DNA of 64,000 bases from Perna viridis (Eukaryota), in the NCBI GenBank assembly GCA_037379345.1, contig CM074511.1:2542001-2606000 (forward strand), read 5' to 3'. The notes under the pieces are model-generated. The model was not told where the DNA came from. It ran no database searches and saw nothing but the letters and a program-made list of their open reading frames with translations. A program made the translations under genes and the position numbers. Positions 10,225 through 23,900 of this stretch are shown one piece after another. How positions within the stretch are numbered: position 1 is the first letter of the stretch; every line of letters starts with the position of its first letter.

Positions 10225-13200
10225 TGTTGATTGTATTAACTTGATTGGAAAATGCCCAGTTGTAAGTGTTGTTATAGCAGGTAAGGAGGCTAAGTGTCTA
10301 GTGGATACGGGATCTACAATTTCTATGCTCATAGAGTCATTTTATAACCGATTTCTGTGGGAGTATACTCAGTTACGTACTGATGTAACTTTGCAGCTTC
10401 GGGCTGCAAATGGAATTTCTATTCCATATATTGGTTATGTGGAAGTAGATATGGAAGTGATGGGCCAAACTTTGAAAAGCTGTGGTGTATTGATTGTTAA
10501 AGAGTCAACTGATCCGGTCACAAGAAGAAGAAAAGAATCCATGCCAGGACTATTAGGTATGAATATTCTTAGATGCTGTAAAAACATTTTAGAACATGAT
10601 TTTGGTATGAATTTTCGTGAAGAGGTAGATACAATGTCAGAAATTTAAAAACTTGCATTGAAGATGAACATTTAAACACTATTGGCTATGCCAAAGTAAG
10701 CGCTAGTTCTCCTGTACGTATACCAGCTTCGTCTGTTGTTATGTTATATGGCACAGGACCTAATCTTCCCAGACAATATGATGCCTTAATAGAACCACTG
10801 AATCTACCTGACATTTGCCTAGTGCGTTTGTTATAGTACACACGTGTGTAACCGTCAAAAATGGTCATTTTTCATTTCGAGTCGTAAACCTAGGCAGTGA
10901 TGATATTTATATTGCACCAAAAACTAGAGTTGGTATTCTTTTGAAAGGAGAAGTTGAGCAAAGTAATTGTAAACATATCGAATTTGTTCGAACTGATTCT
11001 GTTGAAGAAATTGTTGTCAATGATTTTTCGTCTTCTGATGTTCCGAATTTTGACAAGGATATTGATTATGAACAATTTAAAATGCCAGTTGATATGGGTC
11101 ATCTTTCTGTTAGCAAAGTTGAGTTGAACGCGGTTCATGATTTGTTCTATAGATACAGAGATGTTTTCTCGAAAGATGATACTGATGTAAGTTTCACTAC
11201 TACTGTCAAACATACAATTCGGTTACAAGATGACAAGCCGATTGTGCAACCATACAGGCGTATACCGCCAACACAATACGAGGAGGTCAAGAACCATATC
11301 AAAAAGTTACTCGAAAATAAGATCATTCGTGAAAGCATTAGTCCTTATGCATTACCAATCGTTTTGGTCAGAAAAAAAGATAACTCTCGTAGGCTCTGTG
11401 TTGATTTCCGGTTACTAAACTCAAAAACTCACAAAGAAGCATTTCCTCTTCCGCGAAATGAAGAATCTTTTGATGCTCTTAGTGGAACTAAGCTGTTTTC
11501 GACGATGGATTTAACTTCCGTTTACATCCCATTTGCCATGAATGACAAGGAGATTGAGAAAACTGCATTTACTACTCCCATGGGTTTGTATGAGTATTTG
11601 CGCATGCCTTTCGAACTTTGTAATGCGCCGGATACATTGCAGACGCTAATGCAACATTGCTTTAGAAATGAACTGTTTAAAATTTTGCTTGTATTTCTTG
11701 ATGACATAACATTTTCCAGTACTTTTGATGATCATTTAAAGCGTCTTGAAGTAGTTTTTCAGCGTTTTAAGACAACATGGACTGAAACTGAAACCTTCAA
11801 AATGCCACTTCTTTAAGCGTGAAGTTAGATATCTTGGTCATGTGGTGTCCGCTGATGGTATACACACAAGTCCTGACAAGGTGAGGGCTAAAGAAAACTT
11901 TGAAGTTCCGACAAATGTAAAGAGATTGAAATCGTTTTTAGGATTAGCAGGTTATTACCGACATTATAGCAAAGACTTTAGCAAAATTGCCTCTCCTATG
12001 AATTCTTTGGCACAGCAGTACACTCCTCATCTACGTAAACCTTTTGGAACATCCATTGTCAAAAAGCATTCGAAACCTTAAAAGAACACTTAGTCTCTGC
12101 ACCAGTATTGATTATGCAAATTTCAATGAACCGTTTGTTTTGGAAACAGATGCAAGTATGCAAGGTCTGGGTGCCGTGCTATCTCAATATGTTGAAGGGA
12201 ATTTGCGAGTTGTTGCTTATGCAAGTAGAGCATTAAGACCTAACGAGAGAAATATGAACAATTATAGTTCCAGAAAGTGGAACTTTTGGCATTAGCTTGA
12301 GCGATAACTGAAAAATTCAGAGATTATCTGTTATGCTGTAAGTTCACTGTATACACAGATAATAATCCATTGTGCTATTTGCAGACGTCCAAACTTTCAG
12401 CTCAGGAACATAGGTGGCTGTCACGATCAGCTGTTTTTGATTTTGATGTTAGATATGGACAACAAAAGCATAATTTAAATGCTTATGCTTTGTCTAGAGC
12501 ACATGATAGGATAGAACTTGCGAAGTCCGAAGATATTAAAACTTTGTTGCAGAAATTCCAGGTAGTGTAGTTCAAAATGTTAAATCTAATGACTCACAAA
12601 TTGTTTTCGTTGAAGAAGCTAATACAACTTTACCAACTTTTGACAAAAGTGAAATTCGTAATTTACAGAACTGTGATACAGTTACTAGTAAATTTATTGA
12701 AATTTGGAACTCTAAACTTAAATAATTGTTGATAATGGTATATTTGATAGAAGCATTCGTGATCCGATTAATGGTGAAATGAATCAATTGATTTTACCAG
12801 TGGTTCTGAGAGACAAAGTTAAGAGTCACTGTCATAACGATTTAGGACATCAAGGTATAGAGCGTACTTTTACAACTGTACGGACTAGATGATATTGGCC
12901 AGGTATGTTTAACTTCATTAAAGATTATTGCAAGAACTGTAGACGTTGTTTGATTTCAAAGACACCGCAACCTAGTATTAGACCGACAATGTGGCATCTA
13001 ATTGCCAACAAACCATTACAAGTTTTAGCGATAGACTTTAAGGTACTTGAACTAGCACATGGCAAGGAGAATGTCTTGGTGATGACAGATATTTTCACCA
13101 AATTTACACGGACAATACCAACAAAAGATCAAAAAGCCGACACTGTTGCAAACGTTTTATTTACTGAGTGGTTTTGCGTTTACGGGGTACCTGAGCGTTT

Positions 13201-13989
13201 ACACCCCGATCAAGGTCGGAATTTCGAATCTGACGTTATTCGCCAGCTTTGTAAACTGTACAACATTAATCGCGCACGTCCTACACCGTATCATCCAGGA
13301 GGAAATGCTCAGTGTGAAAGATTTAACAGGACTTTGCATAATCTTTTAAAATCATTACCTGTTGACAAAATGAAAAACTGGCCCAAATATTTACTTGAAC
13401 TTGTATTTCCGTATTATGTTTCAATGAATTCATCAACTGGTTACAGTCCATACGCCTTATTTTTTGGTCGAAATCCGAAATTAGCTGTTGACTTTTTGTT
13501 GGGTAATAATAATTCTAATGACTCTGAAGTTGTTTTAGATGAATGGATTACGGAACATCAGAATCGCCTACGGTATGCTCACGAAAAAGCTGGGGAGCAG
13601 ATGAAAGACCGTGCATTGTACAGGAAGGAACAACATGACAAGAGACGATTTAATCCTGAATTCCGTGTCGGAGATTCGGTTTACATCAGAAACCGTGGTG
13701 TTTATGGGCGTAACAAGATCAAGACACTTGGGACTCTACCGTTTACCGAGTGGTCAAATCATCTGAAAATACGGTTGTCGTTGAGCCTAGTGACGGAGCT
13801 GGTATCTCAAGGACTTTGAATCGTGAACATGTGCTTAAGTGTCAGCCAGATTCTGATGAACATTCTCCGTACAACTCGAGTGACAGTGATTGTGATGATG
13901 TTGCAATTGTTCCTAGACGTAGTACAAGAGTTAGTGCTGGTAAACATTTGAATCCGAATAGACTACCATATGCTGCTAATTACATTTAG
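10170..13989 (+). pseudogene. pol: Gypsy pol (protease, RT, RNase H, integrase), with frameshifts and stops
   Basis: LVDTGS; PIVLVRKKD..RLCVDFRLLN, FLDD; LETDAS; HNDLGHQG..C..C; IDF, PDQGRNFES, GNAQCERFNRTL. Confidence 0.92.
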
Positions 13990-14014
13990 TATAATCAGTA
14001 TGTTCTGTTATAAG

Positions 14015-15928
14015 TGTAATAGTGCTAGAGTTGCCGTAAAACACAATCCCAGGTAGTAGGTTCTGATTGTTTATTAAGCATCATATACATCAGAATCATA
14101 GGAAACAATGAAAAATATCCTGTAATAATAAATAACCATTGTAAATACACGGCATGATCAATACGCGAATTATAAAACATTTAAGATGATCAAAATAGGA
14201 AAAAAATAACAATGTTTTCCTTATATCCTAAAACTAATTTCTGGTAAGTCTCTAGTACATATATATCCTATTTTAAACGTTAATTCAAAATGTGTAGATC
14301 ATGTAAATAATACCATGTATAATATATGCATTTATTAATTACACATATTAATCAAATCACACAAATATTAATCTGTGAATTATTCAAATAACTAAAAATA
14401 GCAACATGTGAATACAGGCAAAGGCATCTTTCTGCAGTGACAAGTAAAGCAGACAACACGTTAAGCAACAAATAGACATAAAATACTACGGACATCACAT
14501 ACCTCACATGTTTGTGTAAAGGCTATGTCTCCTATGACCCTCAGTTCTAGTTCATCAAAATTATATAAACCTGAAGTACCAATATTTATAATAATAAATA
14601 TTGTTACGCCCTCACGGGTGTGTAGGTATATTTCGAGGGCAAGTGTATAGGAAAGAGGTATTTCACTGGTAGCGTGGCCTTTGAAGGTATTTCCATATAT
14701 TTGTTCTTGATACACAACCCAACAGAATTTCAACTTATAAATAACATTTATTAACCTCTCAGGAGTCAATAATTTAATACATACAATATATAATGTTAAA
14801 ACCCTACCACTGAACGCTAAAGTATAAACGGAGGTCCCCCCAAAATATGATACGGGATGCTAGGTTCTATAGGCTATGTCAAGGTCAGGTCGTAGTAAAA
14901 ATATTTACTACTAAAAATACAGGGGCATACCACGGGTGTTGTTCTCCTGGCGAGCTGGTAGCGCTCAGTGATCAAAATCGAGCTGAATAGTGCTAACTGC
15001 TCTCAGAATAATTCTTCCAGGATTAATTTCAAGACACTGGCTCACAGTTTATATATAACTGCCCCACTTGTTGGAATTTTAGGCCCACTTTCAGGAATGT
15101 GGGGATTCGGCTAATATCATTGGTTTATCCTTGTGGGCCTCCAAACAATATGATTGGTTAAGAAATCTCTGTATTCCCACAGAAGTCTCCCAACCAATTA
15201 CTTCCGGTCTTCCAAATATAAACATGGTTGACATCGAGGGGAAAAATATAATAACGGGATGGAAAAGAAGGAAGACGGGACCTACTATAGCTTATAATAC
15301 GGGTAAAATAAGCCCATAACAATCATATGCCTTAGCAGAATATATGAATATAATGACAGGTGAGAAATATGAATAAATAGACGAAATAAAGCTGGGGACT
15401 GGTCGATTGCCTGGGACTGACTGAACACGAGGGATGCAACTATGAGAACGAACTGTGTCTTGACCCTTAGAAAACATTCCCATAATAATCCCAATACAAT
15501 AATACAAATACAATCACATAACTATGTTTAAATTGTCCATATCGCGCATGAATTCACTCAGACGGACTCAATCACCAACTTTCTCCACAAAGATTACTTA
15601 CGCTGAGAAATTAAAGGATTGAATGTTATAAATACTAAATTGTTAATAAGAAACAAACCTCAAAATGAATGGAAATATACCATAAAGATATAAAATTCCA
15701 ACAAGACCAAAATTGCTTCTTCACACACTTAAAACCTAGAGTCAACTGCCCACATAAGAAATTCTCGCCAAAAAGTGAACTGGCCAATAAGAAACAAGAA
15801 CGGAGTAGGAATATCTGAGTAACGAGAACATAGCAGACTACAAATGTACTGTGAAAGAGTAACATACAAGATTACAAGTACAAGCACTGGAACTGATAAA
15901 ACTAACTTTTATTCATATACGAATTACA
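14015..15928 (-). mobile_element. Putative 1.9-kb solo LTR of a second family, in inverted orientation
   Basis: TGTAAT...ATTACA inverted termini. On the minus strand: CCAAT boxes (~15119-15157), TATA (15048-15057) and AATAAA (14070-14075) close to the terminal CA. No convincing ORF. The flanks do not form a TSD. Confidence 0.6.
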
Positions 15929-17001
15929 CAAATAAATCATATATAGGGATATATAACTGCTTACAATAATATACTGTTCACAAACACAAAATAATAAAAT
16001 ACAGCTATACCACATAAGTAGTTAGTATGTTTGACTACCATGTTTTTTTTTTTACTTTTATTTGCTTTTTCATTTGTCATTTTGGTTTGGATGATTGTAT
16101 GTGTTTAAATTTTGCTAATACTCTGCTTACTGAAGGGAGTATGTGGAGTAGATTTTCCATTGTTTATCGAGACGATAATCATTCAGCTGGGGAGTATGTG
16201 GACAAGCTGATTTTTTATTAGTTTAATAATTATGTTTTCCATTATATTTCATTTCTTTAAATTTGATCTGTTCACTACAGTGGTCTGAGTTACATACGCT
16301 TCATTGCATTTTACATTTACTTCACATTGTGCCTAAAATCTGCTCACAGACTGTTGCTGGTTCAATTATACTTATGGGTTGGATGTCCTAAATTTTCCAC
16401 TCGTGAGTAGTATTTTATTTTGGTATAAATACTCAGAGTTTTGTACAGTATTTCAATGTGGAATTAGAAGGCCAAGATGTACATATTTGAAAGTAGTATA
16501 GCCAGCAGATAAGGTATTTATGATGTTCATTTTTCCATAAACTTTTCATTTTTCGTACTGGCATTTTGTAAGTTAGAGCTTTTAGCGAGTTCCATTTTAA
16601 TTTTTTTTTTTATTATTTTGATTTTGAATATCATTGTGTCAGTTTAATTGATTTGATGCTAAGGTACCTTGTTATACTTTAATGGTCATTTTGTGTAGTA
16701 TTATAGTTAACTGTGGGTATTACATTTAACTGCTTTATTGTTGAGTTGTGCTCTATTTATGTGTTCAATCTGTTTTGAACATGCAAATGCAATCTGATTG
16801 ATGTTATTTGTTTGAATATTTGCAATAATGGTCTATAATTTGCATATATTTGATAATTAAATTGTTTCATATGCGTATTTATATGTCTCTTTGTTCTTAT
16901 TTTGTAGATCTTTTCGGTGTCTTCTGAATCTGAATTAAAAGTAATTCCATATTCATGTTTTCTTTGGGTCATTAATTGCTATCGAGCCCCACTTGGTCAC
17001 A
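15922..17001 (+). repeat. Gypsy 3' LTR (5' part missing)
   Basis: Near-identical to 5666-6465 plus 8831-9123; ends in GGTCACA. Confidence 0.87.
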
Positions 17002-17029
17002 CGTTAAAATATGTCAAAAACTGACCAAT

Positions 17030-17510
17030 TGATATGAATTCAAACCGGGCATCTATACGAGGCCAATATGAAAAAAGAGGGCCAATAGGGATCAAACCAG
17101 GGCCAATACGGCATCATAACTTCCGGTCGTTTGGCACCGCCATTTTGAGTTAGAATTGGATTTCATGAACAATGATCATCAGGACTAAAAGCTGCAGAAA
17201 CTCAAAAAGATCTTCCATTTTATACAAATAGGATATTTATAAGGCTGATTAATGAAAATAAACCTACATGTTTTGGTAAAACACGATAACAACTGTTCTA
17301 CAAATCATCTAGTTGAGTTGGTTAATAAAATTGTCAATAAATATGTCATTTCATATTGGCCCTCTTATAGGTTTCGGTCAATCATTTTGGCCTCGACAGC
17401 CGTATTGACCCTCGGCGATGCCTCGGGACCAATACAACCGCCTCGACCAATATGACAGACCTCAAACCTATAACACGGCCAATATGAAATTACATATTTA
17501 TTAACATATA
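17030..17510. mobile_element. Non-autonomous palindromic element (Crypton/MITE-like)
   Basis: ~160-bp imperfect hairpin at 17340-17500 (atttcatattggcc...ctcggcgatgcctcgg...ggccaatatgaaat), plus repeated ggccaata motifs. Confidence 0.55.
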
Positions 17511-17609
17511 TTAATGCAAATCATATATAATATTAAATACAGAAATTACGAGTGCAAGAAGTCGTTTACACTATTAGCGACTTAAAAATGACTTAATTAT
17601 ACGTAAGGG

Positions 17610-18660
17610 TTCAGTTAGGGTTTGTGAAATCAGGGTTCAAAGAGTAGACAATGATTTGAAAATCGTATCTTTTACGGGTAAATCTATTTAGGACAATTAT
17701 AAACCCATCGTATTTTTGTTTGAAAGAATGTGCTTTATACACTATAATTCCATAAAAAAACTGGGTGAGCAAAACCATTTTTATATGAGTACCTGCAGTC
17801 AAATTTTTGCAGTAGTGAAAAACTTAGTAAATGTTTTAAGAAGTTTGTGATATCTTTCTCCTGGCGCAGTAGCTTTTCTGTGAGGAATCGGTTGCGTGAA
17901 TTAAAATCTGACACTTCATTACTAATACGGAATAAACGGACCAGTTGTGGAATGTAAATAGGGTAGGAATGTGTTTTGGGAATATCACCATCTTGGAATG
18001 GAAAATTAACAATAGGAAAATCAAAATCTTCTCTTTTGTCATTAATAATTGCATAAAGGCTGTCATTTTCTAGTGTTATACCTAAACCAGGAAAATGTGT
18101 ACTAGTAGTATTTATGTCAGACTTGGTCAAAGTTCTCTGGGATATATATCTTGAACATAGTATTCGATTATTTACGGCCAAAATATCATCAAGATATATA
18201 ACAGTATTTTTAAATTTACGCAACAGATTACGTTTTGAAGGATATTTAAAGAGGTAATTCATAACAGTAGCGGAACAAACCGGCTAAGGTGAGGAGAGTA
18301 CAATTAGTCCCGATTGGAATAACAACCTGTCTGTATAGAGTATTACCAAAATAAATACAAATACATATATTGTCAATTAAAATATTCTATGCATTGATCA
18401 TACTAGTATCTAAATATGTCTAGTGAGTGTATTTATCTCGTGTAATATTGCTGAAAAAAGCATTGGAGTCATTAAAAGAAATTAATTGAGAGCCAAGTTT
18501 ATCAAAAGACCATGCATCCATTAAATATGACAACTTTTCCTTTAAACGTGTATGTGGTAGTGTTGTATATTTTATCTGCATTTTCTCTTCTAATCCATGG
18601 TTTGCAATAAGCATCATCTTTGATGGTATTTTGACAATTTAGATATCCTCCTGATGTTAA
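17610..18660 (-). mobile_element. Decayed Naiad-type Penelope-like RT fragment, second subfamily (B)
   Basis: YTTLPH, IPIGTNC, FKNTVIYLDDILAVNN, DKREDFDFPIVNFPF. Confidence 0.8.
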
Positions 18661-20079
18661 ATAAACATGTTCATAACTTTACAACAGATATGATATAAAA
18701 CTAAATAGATATATAAGTCATCACGTTTGTCACACTTCTGTTTGTTGGATTCCATGCTGTTATAATATAGAAATGTTTCAAAAGATCTCATTATTTGAAA
18801 TTAAACTTTTCGGAACATATAATACAAAATACGTCTTGAGATTCCCAAGGGTATTGTTTAGAGCGTTTGTCTGTCATACAAGAATCATCTAAAACTATCA
18901 TTTTATAATGACAGGGTTAACACTTCTCCCCCAGAAAAAATTCTTACATGAAAAATAGCATTTCTTTTCATTACATTGTAGGAAATAGGATTACCAATCG
19001 AATGAAATCAAATATTAGAGATTTGCATAATGTGGAAATACTTTAAAAAGTTTAATTTGCAAATCTTTTGCGAGAGGTTCAAAGGCATATGCTGTAAAAA
19101 TTGTAGCATGAGATACAAAAAAATGTAGCACATGCAATGTTTTTACACTCAGTTTATGCTATACATTTAGTTCAGTTTGATGCATTTACGTGTCTAGAAG
19201 TTCATCAATGTACCATATACTAGCACTAAACTTTATGTATCATATGCGGTATTTTATCGCTTAAGTTGTATCTGTATGTAGCGTATGCATCTAGTTTTAT
19301 GTGTACCGTAAATATCAAATATAATTTTGTTGCTTATACGACAAAAACAAAATGTGTTATGAATATTCAGTAAAGAGGCTGTGTGTGGGTCGGCCTGCTC
19401 ATAAGAATATCCAATAACCTCGCTACAAAAACACCCTGATTTTATAACAAATAAATGCACTTTGGGAGGAACAGAGTATAAATAGCATTTACTAACATAT
19501 TCAAATCATTTACAAATGTGCATTAGAATAAACAAAGAAGTACATATGCTTTAAAATTATATTTTAATCCTTCTGAAATATACGGCATATGCCATATTTG
19601 TACCATAAGCTTTTAAATTATTTTTGAAACAAACAGTATTTACAGTAGAAATATCTAGCATATGCTTTGAAATGTAACATATGCTTCAATATTGTATCAT
19701 ATACTACACTATTTGCAGCATATGCATTAATCTTTATAGCATATGCAAATAAAAATACTTTTGAACCTTTTAGTTCACCATACAATTAGAATGTTTATGC
19801 ATTACCAATATCAACGACGAATTTCACATAATTAGTAGTCATTATTAAAATGGGCAGGGAGTGATTCATACCTTCAAAAATCCACCAAACTCACTTTTAT
19901 TTCTAATTCAAGAACCAATTGTCATTCGACTGTTGCACTTATAAAGATTGCGTATGAAATTGACACTTTGAAAGAGTTAATTCTTGATTTCGTTTGATTT
20001 AGATTTTAAATAGTAGGAGGTAAATGTAATGTTTCTCAAAAACAAAGCGGACTATATAGGATATATGTATAATAAAAAA

Positions 20080-20222
20080 AACCATTGTTTCCTACACCTT
20101 TAATCACATCTACCATAGACAGTGTCTGAATTTTAAATGGACTGGTATTTAAGTATTAGTACGTACAAAATTCAGACAGTGACAATGGTATAGGTGATTC
20201 ATGGTGTATAAAACGATGTTTT
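20080..20222. repeat. Imperfect inverted repeat (hairpin)
   Basis: aatcac...taccat...tgtctgaatttt pairs with aaaattcagaca...atggta..gtgatt. Confidence 0.6.
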
Positions 20223-20955
20223 TTTTTCGCATGTGATGCATTTTCACGTGACAAAAGTCTTATCTGTTTTCAAATTTGTATTTTGGAGAAAAATATACGT
20301 TCATATCCCACTAAATTCAACATTCAACCAAAGCAAACCAAATCATAAGCGATAATTCTTGCAAAATGCAAATTTCATATACAATCTTCATATGTTTTTA
20401 TCTCGAAAGTGCAACAACCGGAATGACTAACTAAGACGATTTATGTGGTCTGTAACTGTGTCTGAGTTACACACAAGTGAATTTGGTGTGAGTTTTTTTA
20501 CATGTATGAATCACTTCTTGTGTGATTTTTCTTATTTATAAAGACTGCTACTAATTACAGAAACCCGTTGTGTACATACATATATGGTAAATTTTGTAAG
20601 TAGGAGGTAAACGTAGTATGTAGGTACCTGACCTGGGATTAAATATCTCTAGTCCCAGACTTGACATCATAATGAAGTCGTTGGAAGTGTTTCCCATCCC
20701 ATAGCTGTCGATTTCAGATTAAAAAAAATGAATACATTTATATGCAATTTTTTTTCTTTTAAATGAATAGGTAAAATACATGTTTGATATGTTCACAAAC
20801 TTTATCGCATTCTTGCAAATAAGAACAATATCTGAGATATAGTAATACACACACGGTGATAGGCAACTCTATCATTGTCTACATACAAACTGATAACGTA
20901 CCTTGATCAGTTCAGGGTTCACAAACTACCCCGTCCTGTGTTAAAGTGTCTCAAA

Positions 20956-20961
20956 ATGGAG
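20956..20961 (+). CDS. Coding exon 1 (ME)
   Basis: caaaATGGAG|gtaagg; phase 0 matches exon 2. Confidence 0.6.
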
Positions 20962-23900
20962 GTAAGGATAGGTTATATATTTACACTTCAGAGTTTTTTT
21001 TTTTTTTATAAAAGTCCTTTAAGGACATCATCGACTTCGTCACTTTTATACAAATTAGACCTTCATCCCATTTATATGTGTGTGTGTGTACATCGTATAT
21101 TTTTTATGTTGCATTTTAAAATCCTTTTTATTACTGTTATTTCTGGAACTTGTAGGTGTTCTTTTTTTCCTTATATTTCGAATTTCAATCATATCTGACT
21201 AGTATACAATTGTATGACACTGAAATAAGAAATGTGTTTTTCTATCGTCTCTTGGTGTTTCATTTTCTATCGTCTCTTGGCGTTTCATTTTCTAATCGTC
21301 TCTTTGTGTCTGGCAAATTAGAATGGAAACACATGGTGGTAAATGCGGTTCATACAAAACATGATAATGACTGGAAAACACGTATAGACTCACATAGTGG
21401 CTTTAGTCGATTCAGAGAAATCCACAATTCCATTGCTGTTGCTGACATCTGGAAGTACCCTACAAACTGCTTTGATTTGCGTACCGCTCACATTATTGCT
21501 AAATACATTTCCTCTGTACCAAACCTAATCGAACAATCATGTAAATTATGTGATCAAATATTCACCGACGTGCTTGTCCATGCTACCAAAAACTGTACAA
21601 GTATTTCAGAGTTGTTTAATGTTTGGATGGACCTTATAATTGAACATTTTCCTCTAGAGTTGTACGTAGAACTAAGCCAGTATGATGATGAATCGCTTGT
21701 CCGAATTCTCCTCGGTAGAAAAACTTCCACTGAACTCTGTGATTCCGACATAGATGAATTCAGACGACTCTGCTACATCCATATTGTAAAGTCAACAGGC
21801 GAATATTTAAGATGCTTACGTTGTTGCAATACATTTTTGTAGCTAATGCATGTCATGTCACCAGTACACGAACATATCTTGCTCACTTTACTTGTATATA
21901 GATATGAATTAGTAATACAATTCATTATTATTATTATTATTATTTAATACTTCCTATTTGTGTCTTAATTAATTTGTAATTATGTAATTGCAATTCATGT
22001 AATCTCTATTTTGAGGAATTAAAGAATGAATGAATGAATGAATGAATGAATGAATGAATGGTTTACTAATTAGTATGCACTTAATATAATCTTCGTTGGC
22101 CTACGACTTGATTTAGGAATGTTAATTAAGAGAAACAGGCAGAAGGAATACCTGCCAAATTTTGTTTTGTGTTTCATCACAATTCACAATTCTTTTATAT
22201 AACAAAATGAATGCACGATGGTTAGGAATTTGTGAAATGGTAAGACTGAAATAAATGACACGTAGAAAGCACTATTTAAACACTTTGAAATCAAGGGAAC
22301 AAACTCTTTTGATTCATTCTTAATTTAGTTGATTTGTAAGGGAACTTTGAAAATATATTCTAATATAAAAATAGGAGATGTGGTATGATTGCCAATGAGA
22401 CAGTCATCCACCAAATGTCAAGCAATGAACAATTAAACTTCTACAGGTCACCACACGCAAAACTCATACCATAAAGCAAGTAGTAAAAGGCTCCTCCCCC
22501 TAAAAATGATGTGAAACTATTTATAAAAGACGAATATCGTCCTAATCTATAGAAAAAAAAACGTAAAACGAATAACAGTAAACATGAAAAAACAACGACA
22601 ACCACCGGACTACAGGTTCCAGGCTTGGGACAGAAACATAAAGTATGTGATGGAGTTTAACTTAACATGTTTGTGAGCGCTCAACCCTCTCCTTAACCCA
22701 AGACAGTGGTACCGTGGTAGAATACAAAAAAATACAAAATACAAACACCTTAACAAATAGGACAAAAGAAAACAAACTGTACCTTAGTATCCACCTCAGT
22801 ACTCACTGTTTCTGTAAGATAGAAACTGTACCTTTGTATCCACCTCAGTACTCACTGTTTCTGTAAGATAGAAACTGTACCTTTGTATCCACCCCAGTAC
22901 TCACTGTCTCTGTAAAATAGAAACTGTACCTTTGTATCCACCTCAGTTCTCATTGTCTCTGTAAGATAGAAACTGTACCTTTGTATCCACCTCAGTTCTC
23001 ATTGTCTCTGTAAGATAGAAACTGTACCTTTGTATCCACCTCAGTACTCACTGTTTCTGTAAGATACTTCAATATCCAACAGCAACTGATTTATAAACAC
23101 ACCTCGTTTCGATAGAAACGTCCGATGGGACTTAGTGATAACATGTCATGAAATGTCGAAGAAAAATAATGTCTTCATGCAGATGCCAAGCAGTTGGGTC
23201 CAGGGGGGTATGCGAGGGGGTCTGCACCCCTCCTTTTTATTGAAAAATTTGTCATTTCCATGTGTAAAATTGACATAAAATCGCAAATAATGTCCTAGCA
23301 CCCTCCCTCTTTTCTGAAGAACCCCGGCTGGCACCCATCCTTTTCAAAGTGTCTGGATCCGCCCATGTCAAGATAAAAAGTATTTGCAAGAAGTAGGGAA
23401 AATGTAATAAAATAATTTGATATTTAATTCGTTAACAAGAGGGTCAATATTAGAACCAATAAAACATGATTCAAAGATTTAAAAATGATACGGTGAAGAT
23501 AACCGTTACGGATAAGTCTGTTCAAATATTTTCCAGACTGAAAAGATTCTGTTTAAACTTTCGAGCTTTATCTATTACATTACCATAAAAACTTGGATAT
23601 GGAATCCGACTTTTGATTAAGTTACGACAAGTGCGACCAAACTTTATATTTATGAAAAAAAATTAGTAAAAGCCTTAACTAATTTATGGCAACGGACACC
23701 TTGACTTAACAATTTACTGGTAATACATAAATTTAATTCTTTAAGTCTAAAACATGGCTAAAACACGGGCATATCGAACAAATTGAGAAATATATAAACC
23801 GTATGAAGGAGCCAAAGGAGCATCCGCGTCAAGAAAGGGAAAATTGACAATTAGAAACGAGACATCGATCCTCTTGTTGTAAAGTTTAGTTTTTAGTATC

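Larger units (their letters stand above)
5666..17001 (+). mobile_element. Degenerate Ty3/Gypsy LTR retrotransposon
   Basis: Two ~1.08-kb direct repeats flank gag (CCHC), protease, RT, RNase H and integrase in Gypsy order. The true 5' boundary is uncertain. Confidence 0.92.

Noticed and set aside
13750-15900. env-like third ORF after the integrase
   Set aside because: No long ORF, signal peptide or TM; the region is better explained as an inverted solo LTR.
21156-21842. 228-aa ORF as a host exon or nested gene
   Set aside because: It starts in low-complexity sequence and ends with a LINE-type zinc knuckle followed by a (GAAT)n tail.
22775-23066. CRISPR-like arrays (also 38426-38672 and 32110-32315)
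   Set aside because: Head-to-tail repeats with no unique spacers, in a eukaryotic context.
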